A stretch of 64,000 nt of DNA from an uncultured delta proteobacterium. Its GTDB lineage: Bacteria; Desulfobacterota; Desulfomonilia; Desulfomonilales; Desulfomonilaceae. Within the stretch, counting starts at the first letter, position 1; each line of letters begins with the position of its first letter. Of the stretch, positions 11,222 to 21,304 are shown piece after piece. Both the position numbers and the translations under genes were made by a program. The notes under the pieces were generated by a model. The model had not been told where the DNA came from and ran no database searches. It worked only from the letters and a program-made list of their open reading frames with translations. The stretch is from NCBI GenBank assembly GCA_963789265.1, contig CAWBKB010000001.1:192001-256000 (forward strand), read 5' to 3'.

Positions 11222-11449
11222 ATGAAAACACGTTTTGCTGTGTGCGTTGACAACTCGGAGTATCCCGCTTCCCTGGAAGTTCACAAGCTCTATCGTGTGG
11301 TCCCGGATGAAGACGCGGAGCGCGATGGAGACCTGCGTGTCATTGATGAAAGTGGCGAAGACTACCTGTTTCCGAGCAAAGACTTTGTGATAATAGACCT
11401 GCCGCGGGAAACGGAACGCATCCTTGCCGACTCATTTGAAAGGATTTAA
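11222..11449 (+). CDS. small acidic conserved hypothetical protein (putative antitoxin/immunity)
   Basis: 75 aa; FAVCVDN..YPASLE, LRVIDESGEDYLFP. Confidence 0.75.
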   Translation: MKTRFAVCVDNSEYPASLEVHKLYRVVPDEDAERDGDLRVIDESGEDYLFPSKDFVIIDLPRETERILADSFERI

Positions 11450-11532
11450 GAAGTCCCGGCATCCTACTTAATCCTTGGGTCGCAACCAAAATTAGGTATG
11501 TTGTTCCCGGATTTTGCAAATTTTAAGTGGCA

Positions 11533-11850
11533 TTAACCCCTGGATACGCAATACAGCCCACTTCGCCGACCGGAATCGCTCTTGTTTTTATGTAAACGCG
11601 GCCTGCAATCTTTGGGACAAGCGGTAACTCTTCCGAGCAAATCTGCCATCTCTCCACCAAACCGGCAAACGATGTAAGCATCCAGTTCGTCGGACGTCGC
11701 TCCGCTGCTCAATACCTTTTTCTCGAAAAACTCGCACCGTTCACATTCCCATCGGGTCAATCTTTGCTCATAGCCGTCGAAGTACTCTTGTTCCGAAGAC
11801 ACACGGAGCCTTCCTCTGTGCACATTTCCAATCAATTCTGAAGCCCTCAT
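11533..11850 (-). CDS. hypothetical Cys-containing protein
   Basis: GGAGGG RBS; CERC and further Cys residues, possible metal binding. Confidence 0.5.
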   Translation of the reverse strand: MRASELIGNVHRGRLRVSSEQEYFDGYEQRLTRWECERCEFFEKKVLSSGATSDELDAYIVCRFGGEMADLLGRVTACPKDCRPRLHKNKSDSGRRSGLYCVSRG

Positions 11851-12134
11851 AATTTACCCCTCCCGTATGCAATTAGCCTGGGTTCAGCGGGCAAGACCCG
11901 CCTACACCTCTTCACTCCTCACCTAATTTCCCACCCAGAGTGGCAATTCCCCTTTTTCGGAACTTTGAGGCAATATGATTGCTGAGTCGGCAGGATGTTC
12001 CCGAAAATTTTTGGCATCGCTTGCAATTTGTGTGGTAGAGCGTGTCATGCTTGAGTCGCCACCATTGAAGCACCAGGACCGGACTCGTTGCGCGGGGCTC
12101 TTGAATTGGATTCGAGCGGAATTAAAATAATACA

Positions 12135-12263
12135 ATGACCGATATAAGCCGTGAGCAGCACGTTCTCTTTGAAGTGGCAAAGAGACTGAATGGCGCAGGC
12201 TTTCTCATTACCGCTGATCCGACAGAGGCAATAAAAGAAGGAGTGCAAGTATGGCCCACGTGA
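12135..12263 (+). pseudogene. internally deleted toxin-like gene (DUF4258/RelE-like partner of DUF2283)
   Basis: 42-codon ORF MTDISREQHVLFEV|AKRLNGAGFLITADPTEAIKEGVQVWPT overlapping the DUF2283 start; only the N- and C-terminal ends of the usual ~100-aa partner remain (family recognised from memory). Confidence 0.6.
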
Positions 12264-12463
12264 AACTGTTCTACGATCATGAGGCAAACACTCTGACTGT
12301 TTGGTTTGGCAATCCCCAGGACGAATATGTCTGCGAAGAGACCGGTGATGAGGTAATACTTATGAACGATAAGTTGGGTCGCGTCATCGGCTTTGAAAAG
12401 CTGAATTTTTCCGTTGCTGAATCTGAACCACTAAGGGTTGCTTTCGAGACGATAGCAGTTTGA
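12251..12463 (+). CDS. DUF2283-domain protein (putative antitoxin)
   Basis: VKLFYDHEANTLTVWF...DKLGRVIGFE. Confidence 0.85.
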   Translation: MAHVKLFYDHEANTLTVWFGNPQDEYVCEETGDEVILMNDKLGRVIGFEKLNFSVAESEPLRVAFETIAV

Positions 12464-12538
12464 AATGGGGATAGCATCTGCCGTTTCCCGGCATTAAACG
12501 GTCGGTTCGCTTAAATGAGCCGCAGTTAGGTCGGACAT

Positions 12539-13132
12539 ATGGCCCAGGAAAAACAAACAATCCATCGCTGTCCTTGGGTGGATCTCACAAAGCCGGATTA
12601 CGTCGACTATCACGATAAGGAGTGGGGCGTCCCTGTCCATGACGATCGCCTCATATTCGAATACCTCATCCTTGAAGGCGCTCAAGCCGGTCTGAGCTGG
12701 TATACCGTGCTGAGAAAACGGGAGAATTATCGGATCGCCTTTGATCGATTCGACCCTCAAAAGATCGCAAAATATGACGAGAAAAAGGTGCAGGAGCTTC
12801 TTGCAAATTCGGGCATTATCAGAAACAAAGCCAAGATACTCGCGGCGATCAACAATGCCCGAGGATTCCTGGAGATCCGGAAAGAATTTGGAACCTTTGG
12901 TGCGTACATTTGGCGATTTGTTGATGGAAAACCAATTGTAAACAATATCATACAGTTAAAGGATTATCCTGCTACCAGTCGAGAGTCGGATGCGCTGAGC
13001 AAAGACCTGGTGCGAAGAGGCTTCAAGTTTGTCGGATCAAAGGTATGTTATGCCCACATGCAGGCAACCGGAATGGTGAACGACCATACGATTGCTTGCT
13101 TTCGAAGGCAGGAGATCCTTGAGGGATACTAA
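12539..13132 (+). CDS. tag: DNA-3-methyladenine glycosylase I
   Basis: RCPW, YHDKEWG, LEGAQAGLSW, GFKFVG, QATGMVNDH...C. Confidence 0.95.
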   Translation: MAQEKQTIHRCPWVDLTKPDYVDYHDKEWGVPVHDDRLIFEYLILEGAQAGLSWYTVLRKRENYRIAFDRFDPQKIAKYDEKKVQELLANSGIIRNKAKILAAINNARGFLEIRKEFGTFGAYIWRFVDGKPIVNNIIQLKDYPATSRESDALSKDLVRRGFKFVGSKVCYAHMQATGMVNDHTIACFRRQEILEGY

Positions 13133-13202
13133 GCAAGTTGGCTGGGCCAAAGCAATTTTCCATGATATGGCCTACAAAAGTTCAGAGATCCAGAGGACTG
13201 CC

Positions 13203-16200
13203 ATGTTCAAACCAAGCAGCCTCATGCCGCTAATGGTAGCTGCGCTTTGTGTTCTTATGTCGTCCTCCTCGCCGGCCCAATCGAAGGATGACGGAGATCG
13301 ATACCTCCAGAAAGGGATACAATTGTACGAGAAGGCCCACTCCCATGAAGACCGGCAGAAGGCTGCTGACAAGTTCAAAGAGGCGCTCGGCATATACAGA
13401 AAGATAGGGGAGGTAAAGGCAGAAGGGCATGCTCTGAGCCACCTGGGTCGGGTCCAAGAGGCCCAGGGCGAGTACGCCAAAGCGGTGGACTCTTACGAAA
13501 AGGCACTGGAAATTGCCCAAAAGATCGGAGACGTAAAGGCTAAAGGGCGTAATCTGAACAACCTGGGTCGTGTCTATGCTGATGAGGACCAGTATGGCAA
13601 AGCGGAGGATTATTGCAAAAAGTCCTTGGTGATGGCGAGAAAGATCGGAGATGGACAGACTGAAGGGTATGCTTTGCACAATTTGGGTCGCGTTCATGCG
13701 GCCCGGGATCAGTATGCCCAGGCGGTGGCATATTACAAAAAGTCCCTGGAGATTAAAAGTAAGATTGGGGACATAAAGGCTGAAGGAGGCACCCTGAACA
13801 ACTTGGGGAGCGTTTATGTGACCCAGGGCGAGTATGCCAAAGCGGAGGACGCTTACGAAAAAGCATTGGATGTCGCCCGAAAGATCGGAGATGGACAGAC
13901 TGAAGGGTATGCTCTCTTCAACCTGGGCCGCGTTCAAGAGGTCCAGGGCGAGTATGCCAAGGCGGTGGGGTATTTTGAGAAATCCGTGGAAATTGCTACA
14001 AAGTTCGGAGACACAAAGCTTGAAGGGACTCGCCTAGACGCTTTGGGTATCGTCTACGCAGATTTGGGTCAGTATGCCAAGGCAGTGGAATACCATGAGA
14101 AGTCCTTGGATATTGCGCAAAAGGTCGGGGACGCAAAGGCTGAAGGACGTACCCTGAGCAACCTGGGTCTCGTGTATAAGGATTGGGGTCAGTATCCTAA
14201 GGCGGCGGAATATTTCCAGAAGTCCGTGGAAATTGCCGGAAAAATCGGTGACGTACAGACTGAAGGGCATGCTTTGGGCAACTTGGGGATCGTCCATGAG
14301 GATTTGGGTCAGTATACCAAGGCGGTGGAATACCACAAGAGGTCCCTGGAGATTGCGCGAAAAATCGGAGACATACGGTCTCAAGGGCATACTTTGGGCA
14401 ACTTGGGTGTCGTGTATGAGGATTTGGGTCAATATGCTAAGGCGGTGGAATACCAGAAGAAGTCCCTGGACATTGCGCGAAAGATCGGAGACGTGAAGGC
14501 TGAAGGGGAAGCCTTGGGCAACCTCGGTCTGGTCTATCAGCATTGGAGTCAATATGCCAAGGCGTCGGAATACTATAAGAAGTCTTTGGAGATTGCCGGA
14601 AAAATCCAGGACGTTCGGTCTGAAGGAGATGCACTGGGCAACCTGGGGCTCCTCTATGGAGATTGGGGCCAATATGCCAAGGCGGCGGAATACCATGAGA
14701 AGTCCTTGGGGAAAGCGCGAAAGATTGGGGACGTACAGTCTGAAGGACTTACACTGGATAATCTTGGTGTCGTCTATGCGCACTGGGGTCAATATGCGAA
14801 GGCAGAGAAATATTTCGAGAAATCCTTGAAGATTGCGCGAAAGATCGGAGACGTACGTTTCTGAAAACCATGATCTGGTCAGCCTGGGCCAGGTCTATGA
14901 GAATTGGGGTCAATATGCCAAGGCGGTAGAATACCATGAGAAGTCCTTGGAAATTGCACGAAAGATCGGGGACGTACGGTCTGAAGGACTTACACTGGGC
15001 AACCTGGGTCTTGTCTTCGAGGCTTGGGGTCAGTATGCCAAGGCGGAAGAGTATTTCGAGAAGTCCTTGGAGATTACGCGAAAGATCGAGGATTTACAGA
15101 ATGAAGGACATGCTCTGGATCACTTGGCGGACGTCTATCATGCTCTCGGGAAAGATGATAGGGCTCTATCCACCTTTCAGCAGGAGCTTGAGATTTATTC
15201 GAAGATCGGTGTCCCCGTGGCAGGCGTCAAGGACTCGATGGGCAATCTCTATCTCGATATGGGGGATGTTAAGAATGCTGAGCCTCTTCTGAAAGAAGGC
15301 AGTTTCTTGTCGTCACTAGGCAGGCTCCAGCTTGTCAAATCAGACTATCAGGGTGCGCAAAAATATTATGAAAGAGTTCGGCATGTCACTGAAAAGAACC
15401 GGGACGTGGACGGCCTCTTTATCGCATATACCGGTCTTGGCACAGCGTACGAGGGAATGGGCGACGACAAAAAGGCGGAAGATTGTTTTGAAAAAGCCGT
15501 GAACCTGACGGAAGACTTGAGATCGAGCCTTCCGATGTCTCAGAGAGAGACTTTCTTTGATGTAAGAATCGGTGGTTTCCTCAGGACAGCACCCTACGAT
15601 GGACTTGCCCGAGTGAGGATAAAGCTGAACAAACCGCTGGAAGCATTCAAGGACTCTGAATACACCAAGTCTCGCGTGTTTGCCGAGGCAATGGCGAGAT
15701 GGTCGGACAAGACCGACTTTAACATTCCCGCGGACGTGCTGAAAACGGACAAAGAACTGAACGATCAACTTGCAGCCTTGAAGAAAAAGAGACAAGAGGC
15801 TTACGAAAAGGCCAATCAGGAGGTCATCTCGGTCATTGAGCCCCAAGTTCAAGAAATGGAAGACCAACTCCAGGCCCATATCATGATGCTGCGCGAAAAA
15901 TATCCCCTTTTTGCCGCGACCAAGTACCCTGAACCCATGGATCTTAGCGAAACGGGTCTCAGGGAGAACGAGTGGGTATTGACGTACCATGTAACCGATC
16001 CAGGAATAATCATCTACCTTACCAAAGGTAAGGAGATCGTTAAGGCTCTGTACAAACCCATCCCCAGGGGGGATTTGGACGGCCTGATTCTCAAGATGAG
16101 AAAACCTCTCGAAATAGTTCCTGGGCGGGACAACTTTGAAAAGAAGTTGCAGTCGTTCGACCTTGTGACCGGAAAGAAGCTCTCAGACTTGCTTCTTTCA

Positions 16201-17173
16201 GATATGCTTAGATATTTGCCTCCTCACATCCCGCTTCTTGTAGTGCCGGACGGTTCCCTTGGTATCTTTCCTCTTGAGATGCTTGTACCTGAACAACAAC
16301 GGTATAATAAAGACGGACAAAAACCTTCCTTACATTTCTGGTGCAGAATTTTTCGGAGACCGAAATCCACTTTCTTATTGCCAGTCCGTGACGGCACTCA
16401 CGTTGTCCAGGATTTATGCGAAGAGCAAAGGTTCTCCGGCCGGTTTGCTAGCCATGGCCGACCCGGTCTTCCAGGTAAAGGACGTCCGAGCGGCACAGGC
16501 TCACGAAACGAAAGAGCCCCAGGGAGTCCTTGCATCGCTGTTCAGGCGTTTGAACCTCATGGCGGCCGAGGGGAACAAACACATGGGCGGTTTGAGCTTC
16601 CCGAGGCTGCCTCTTACAAGAAAGCTCGCCAAAGCGTTGGCTGCGATGTACAGAGGGGATTCAGCCGTGTACACGGGATTTGCCGCAAGTAAAAGCAACT
16701 TCCTGGACAACATCGCTCCACACCTGAATCGATACAATGAGGTAGTCTTTGCTACTCATGGTTACCTCGGCAAGGATTTACCCGGGATCATGGAACCTGT
16801 ACTGGTCCTGACTCTCATTCCTCCCGGCACGGATGGTTACCTCAAGATGACTGAAGTGATGGGCTTGAAAATGAATGCTGACATTGTCGCGTTGACGGCC
16901 TGTCAAACAGGTCTGGGTAAACGACTGGCCAGTGAAGGAACGATGGGAATGGGCCGGGCTTTCCAATACGCCGGGGCACGGAGAGTACTGATGAGCTTGT
17001 GGTCCGTGTCGGAGTATACGTCGGTGAAATTGGTGAAGCGATTCTTCGAGCACACGAAGTCGGGCAAGACGAAGTTGGAGTCCCTTGACCTTGCTCGCAA
17101 AGAGATCCGAGCAGAGGGTTTTGATCATCCATTCTTTTGGGCTGCTTTCATTCTCGTGGGGGAAGAGAACTGA
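13203..17173 (+). CDS. exported TPR-repeat + CHAT (caspase-like) protease, frameshifted near 14858 and 16289
   Basis: Signal peptide; ~14 conserved 40-aa TPR repeats (120-bp period); CHAT motifs VVPDG.L..FPLE, FATHG (His), LTACQTG (Cys), SLWSV, HPFFWAAF. Confidence 0.92.
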
Positions 17174-17259
17174 CGCCAACTTAAAGCTGTCCTATGATAG
17201 AAGTCAGATTGCAGACGCCGGCAAATTATGTAAAGGCGTTTTTGGAAAGGAGGGGTGCC

Positions 17260-17793
17260 ATGAGTTCAAACCAACAAAAAAAGGGCTCACGAAGGTTTTT
17301 TGCCAGGCAGGTTCTACTTTTGGTGATAACCATTATCCTCGTGGTCTTTTTCACCGTTCCTTTGCTGAAAACTGTCAAATCGGCTCTGAATCCGGGAGAG
17401 CTGACCGCGAAAGTGGAGAGCACCGCTGAGGCGGCGTCGGGGCTTCACGCAAAGTTAAACGTGGTTCGTTCCAAGATGCTGATGGGAGCCGGTGACGAGA
17501 AGGCCCAGGAAAAGCTCAAAAAGCAAGTGGAAGAGTTAAAGCGGCAGATAGCTATGAAGGAAAAGGAGAACAAGCACCTACAGGACGAAGTTGCTATGGT
17601 GCAAACATTGCTCCACGTGGTGAAGCCGCCGGCTGCGACCGTATCTACCGTGCCGTCGATAGACTTTGGGCAGAAGGTGATCCAATTTCTGACCCAGGTT
17701 TTCGGGTGTGTCGCATCCCTATTCAGCGGGGGAATGTTTGTGTTTTCCTGGTTGAAAAATCGCCGTGCAGCACCACAGAATGCGGAAGAATGA
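17260..17793 (+). CDS. hypothetical TM-coiled coil-TM protein
   Basis: GGAGGGG RBS; N-terminal TM, central coiled coil, C-terminal hydrophobic helix. Confidence 0.7.
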   Translation: MSSNQQKKGSRRFFARQVLLLVITIILVVFFTVPLLKTVKSALNPGELTAKVESTAEAASGLHAKLNVVRSKMLMGAGDEKAQEKLKKQVEELKRQIAMKEKENKHLQDEVAMVQTLLHVVKPPAATVSTVPSIDFGQKVIQFLTQVFGCVASLFSGGMFVFSWLKNRRAAPQNAEE

Positions 17794-18010
17794 CGTCTGC
17801 AAAGGCTCTAGTTTTCGGATCGTACGTTGTCGCCTTCTCAAGCTCACCACGGCCGCTCCTGACCGTCACGGAGATCGTTACTTTTTTGATTTCCACAATG
17901 CACCGCGATTTGGAGGGCATTTTCGCCGCGGAGATCCCTGGATCAGAGCCTGCCACGGACTCTGATCCGGGGGTCGGGGCAGGCTCTGAGACCTCTGCGG
18001 TGAACCATTG

Positions 18011-19201
18011 TTAAAAACCGCCTACGCCGATCCCCAAAGGCCCGATCCGAAGCGCTCTTCCCGACGGTAAACCAGGCGACTGTTGGTCGCTCCCGTTATC
18101 TTCATTTTCACTTTTCATCTCATTAATTTCTTTATCAAATTCCCTGTCAGCCTTGGTGAAGTCGGAGTCGCTGTCAGATTGTTGCCGTTTGTAACCGGTG
18201 CCCTGTGACGCCTCTCGCCGCTCCTTTTTCGCGCCGGAAGTAGCCTCTTTCGAAGGGAACAGACCCGGGGCCTGAATCTGTCGGGCACTCACCCATCCTG
18301 CCATTGGTTCGACTACTTGGGCCCAACCGTTTTGCACTGTACTGCTCAGTTTCAGCTTTGTACCGTTAGGCAAGCAGCCGATCTTTTCATGATCGGTTCC
18401 CGGACCGTTCCTTACTCGAAGGCATTGCTCGGGATAGTCGACCGCGATGACCGATGCCTCGGAATTGCCTGACCCGAGAGAACTCGCGGCAATCCACCCG
18501 TCCCGAATGGGCACAGACAACTTGAGCCAACCGTTGCTCGCCTCCCCAACGTACGTGACTTTGGCCCCGGCGGGAAGATATGCAATGACCTGTCCTTTTG
18601 AAGATGGTTCCGCTCGAACCGTTAGCCCAGCCGAGCTGTCGGCTTCGCGAACGATACCTTCATGGAGCTGTGCCGTCGCCGCGGCAGCCGGGCGCTCCGT
18701 CCGAATTTGAGCCTGCGGCGCGGCAACCGGCGCCGACGCCATACCTGAAACTCTTTCATGTGATTTGAGCAAGGCCTGAACCTGCGTATTACCTGTGGCT
18801 TGAGCTATGTCCAGGGCTGTGCGGCTCTGCTGGTCCTTGGCGGAAACATTCGCGGCCTTCGCAAGCAGGAGCTTTACTATATCCACATATCCTCCGGATG
18901 CCGCGGCCATCAGAGGAGTGATCCCGGTGGTTGTTTTAGCGTTAACGTTGGCGCCTCGCTCCAGGAGCAATTTCACTACGTCTGAATGACCCTTCACCGA
19001 GGCAAAGATCAGGGGAGTCGCTCCAGCCTCGTTCTTGACTTCAACATTTGCGCCGTTGTCCAGAAATGATTTAACCAAATTTGTTTGCCCTGCTGCCGCC
19101 GCATCCAGTAGGACAGACTCCAGGTTTGGGCTTTGAGCCGCCAATAAGCAAGTCGGGATAGCCAAAAGCGCTACAGCGACGAATGTGATGAACTTGTTCA
19201 T
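18011..19201 (-). CDS. exported ankyrin-repeat + 2x SH3b protein
   Basis: Signal peptide; GATPLIFA, GITPLMAA; LTVRAEPS...NGW..., CLRVRNGPG...NGWAQV...GWVS. Confidence 0.9.
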   Translation of the reverse strand: MNKFITFVAVALLAIPTCLLAAQSPNLESVLLDAAAAGQTNLVKSFLDNGANVEVKNEAGATPLIFASVKGHSDVVKLLLERGANVNAKTTTGITPLMAAASGGYVDIVKLLLAKAANVSAKDQQSRTALDIAQATGNTQVQALLKSHERVSGMASAPVAAPQAQIRTERPAAAATAQLHEGIVREADSSAGLTVRAEPSSKGQVIAYLPAGAKVTYVGEASNGWLKLSVPIRDGWIAASSLGSGNSEASVIAVDYPEQCLRVRNGPGTDHEKIGCLPNGTKLKLSSTVQNGWAQVVEPMAGWVSARQIQAPGLFPSKEATSGAKKERREASQGTGYKRQQSDSDSDFTKADREFDKEINEMKSENEDNGSDQQSPGLPSGRALRIGPLGIGVGGF

Positions 19202-19443
19202 TTTCTTTCTCCCATCGATTCTATCGGGTTTTTATAAGGCCGATGTTTTTGCTTACTTGAACTCGAACTTACCCCTCGCGAAAATGTGCAGTTAGGCACC
19301 CACTATCAAACAAAGAAGATGCGGTTCTTGAGCAATTGATTCAAAATTGATATTTCTCTGGGAATAAGCGAGAAGGGGCTGCAAATCGAGGAGGGACTCT
19401 GTGAGGGAAGTTGGATTAAGTTTCTGGTTCCCAAGCAGAGCCT

Positions 19444-19838
19444 CATATGCGCTAACTTAATAGAATACAATTGTTATTTCAGTTGCTTATCACCAGCCCC
19501 TTGCCCCCTCCCTTGAAGGGCAATGCTGTTGACTTAAGCCGCATGCCTCTTGTCCAGGAGCTTTTCCTTCGACGGGCCTTCACCTCGTCATTCCGGCGGA
19601 GGCCGGAATCCAGGTTTTCCTAATCTCCCCTGGACCCCGGCCTTCGCCGGGGTGACGGTGGGGTAGACGGAGGTCCCTTAAGTCAACAGCATTGGGTTTG
19701 AAACCCGCCTCTACTATGTCTTGGGAGAGGGCAGGGTGAGGGAATTCGTGCTACGATTCAGGCTTGTAGGATGTGCTGACCCCACGTCTCGCGGGGTCAG
19801 CACATCCTACAAGATGGCTGCTTAACTTAACGCATATG
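19444..19838. mobile_element. outer MITE-like element (CATATGCG termini) containing REP palindromes and a nested MITE
   Basis: CATATGCGCTAACTTA at 19444 versus TAACTTAACGCATATG ending 19838 (14/16 inverted match); no TSD seen. Confidence 0.55.
19521..19694. mobile_element. 174-bp MITE, IS4-like CAATG termini (copy A)
   Basis: Perfect 18-bp TIR CAATGCTGTTGACTTAAG; inverted copy at 25121..25294 differs at 2 positions. Confidence 0.85.
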
Positions 19839-19877
19839 TGCTTGCGCCGGAATGACGACCACGACCCTTACCTTTAT

Positions 19878-19922
19878 CAGGGTAATTTTCGGTCCTGAAC
19901 CGAAGAGCCGAAAATTACCCTG
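19878..19922 (-). terminator. long hairpin downstream of the 19946..21007 gene
   Basis: CAGGGTAATTTTCGG...CCGAAAATTACCCTG, perfect 15-bp stem. Confidence 0.55.
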
Positions 19923-19945
19923 TTTGTCTCACCTCACTCCGAAAC

Positions 19946-21007
19946 TCAATGCACACACAGGTCAACCGCAGGATTGCACACAACCTGTGGTGGCTGATTT
20001 GACTGAGCCGGCGGCGGGGTTGGCGCGGTTGATACCTGTACCTGCGCAGCCGGTGTTGTTGACTGAGCCGGCGGCGGGTTTGGCGCGGTTGCTACCGGTG
20101 CCTGGGTAGGCGGTAGTGGCAAAACCGCATTTCCTCCGTGTCCCCCGCCATGCCCGCCATGGTTCCACTTTGGATGAGTCCCAAAAGGACTACCGATTTT
20201 GTTGATCATTGCTTGTTTCGCCCTTGCTTTAGCGGCTTGTTCCGCTTGCCAAGCCTTCGAATGATTCTGTTGTGTCGGAATAAAGGGCACATAAGGACTA
20301 CCGATTTTGTTGATCATTGCCTTTCCGGCCCCGGCATTGGTATGCAATGAGTCTAACACCATACACCCCCCCCCCGACAGAATGTCCGGTATACACAAAG
20401 GAGGACCGCTGTTAGCCGGCGGCGGGGTTGATCCCGGTACCCGCGCAGGTCCTGGTGGCAAGACTCCATTTCCTCCGTTTCCCCCGTATCCCCCGCTCTT
20501 ATTCCACGCGTCTTGTTGCGCCTTTGCTTTAGCAGCTTGCATCGCTTGCCAAGCCTTCGAGTGATTCTGTAGTAGATTCGGATTAAAGGTCCCAAAAGGC
20601 TTACCGATATCGATCGATTTTCCGGCGTTGTCACGGTGGAATATACTCGGATTGTCTACGGCATTTGTTATGTTCTGTTGTGTCGGATTAAAGGTCCCAT
20701 AAGGCTTACCGATATTGATATTGAACGGTCCTTTCCCGGCATCGGTATGGTTGAAAAATTTACTGATATTGCCGCCTACACTAGGTGCGTTCTTCGTGTA
20801 ACCGGGGTTCGGGGATTTGTATAACTTCGGCGCTACATATTTGTCGTTTTTTTTAAAGAATTGGCGTTTGAACCTCGGCTTCGGCACCTGCTTGATTTGG
20901 TATGTCTGGGAGACCGAGGCTGCCATGGAAGGCGAAACTCCCCATAATAAGCCCAGGCAGAGACCTACGGCTAACAATCCCATCATCAGATTCTTGTTGT
21001 ATTCCAT
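19946..21007 (-). CDS. secreted low-complexity repeat protein
   Basis: AAGGAG RBS; signal peptide; repeated IG(K/S)P(Y/F)GTFNP and QNHSKAWQA.QAAKA units; Pro-rich tail ending VVCNPAVDLCVH. Confidence 0.7.
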   Translation of the reverse strand: MEYNKNLMMGLLAVGLCLGLLWGVSPSMAASVSQTYQIKQVPKPRFKRQFFKKNDKYVAPKLYKSPNPGYTKNAPSVGGNISKFFNHTDAGKGPFNINIGKPYGTFNPTQQNITNAVDNPSIFHRDNAGKSIDIGKPFGTFNPNLLQNHSKAWQAMQAAKAKAQQDAWNKSGGYGGNGGNGVLPPGPARVPGSTPPPANSGPPLCIPDILSGGGCMVLDSLHTNAGAGKAMINKIGSPYVPFIPTQQNHSKAWQAEQAAKARAKQAMINKIGSPFGTHPKWNHGGHGGGHGGNAVLPLPPTQAPVATAPNPPPAQSTTPAAQVQVSTAPTPPPAQSNQPPQVVCNPAVDLCVH

Positions 21008-21074
21008 TGTCTTGGCTCCTTGTTATCTGTGCGCCTTTCCGGCCGCTCAGCAAAACCGGCCACCGGCGGAGGCA

Positions 21075-21126
21075 AAGTCGGGATAGTGAGAAGCGCTACA
21101 GCGATGAATGTGACGATCTTGTTCAT
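21075..21126 (-). pseudogene. signal-peptide-only remnant of a third ankyrin gene copy
   Basis: MNKIVTFIAVALLTIPT, identical to the start at 23464; a MITE sits between its RBS and ATG. Confidence 0.7.
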
Positions 21127-21133
21127 TTCTTTT

Positions 21134-21289
21134 GTAACCATTCACTCTCGCGGGGGAAGAACCACGGGGCTTGTTTGTCATTGCGAGCGCAGCGAAGCAA
21201 TCTCGTTGGATTTACTGGATTAAAAGAGAGATTGCTTCGTCACTTCGCTCCTCGCAATGACAGCTTGCCGCACTTAAGTGAATGGAAAC
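21134..21289. mobile_element. IS66-like MITE
   Basis: GTAACCATTCAC...GTGAATGGAAAC; perfect 8-bp TSD TTTCTTTT; empty paralogous site near 23464..23480. Confidence 0.85.
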
Positions 21290-21304
21290 TTTCTTTTCTC
21301 CTGT

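Noticed and set aside
14858..14864. Programmed frameshifting in TPR-CHAT
   Set aside because: No slippery heptamer, and similar indels occur throughout the window.
13400..15200. Regular 120-bp repeats as a CRISPR array or DGR template/variable pair
   Set aside because: They are in-frame TPR coding repeats with no unique spacers and no cas or reverse transcriptase gene; no adenine-specific pattern was evident.
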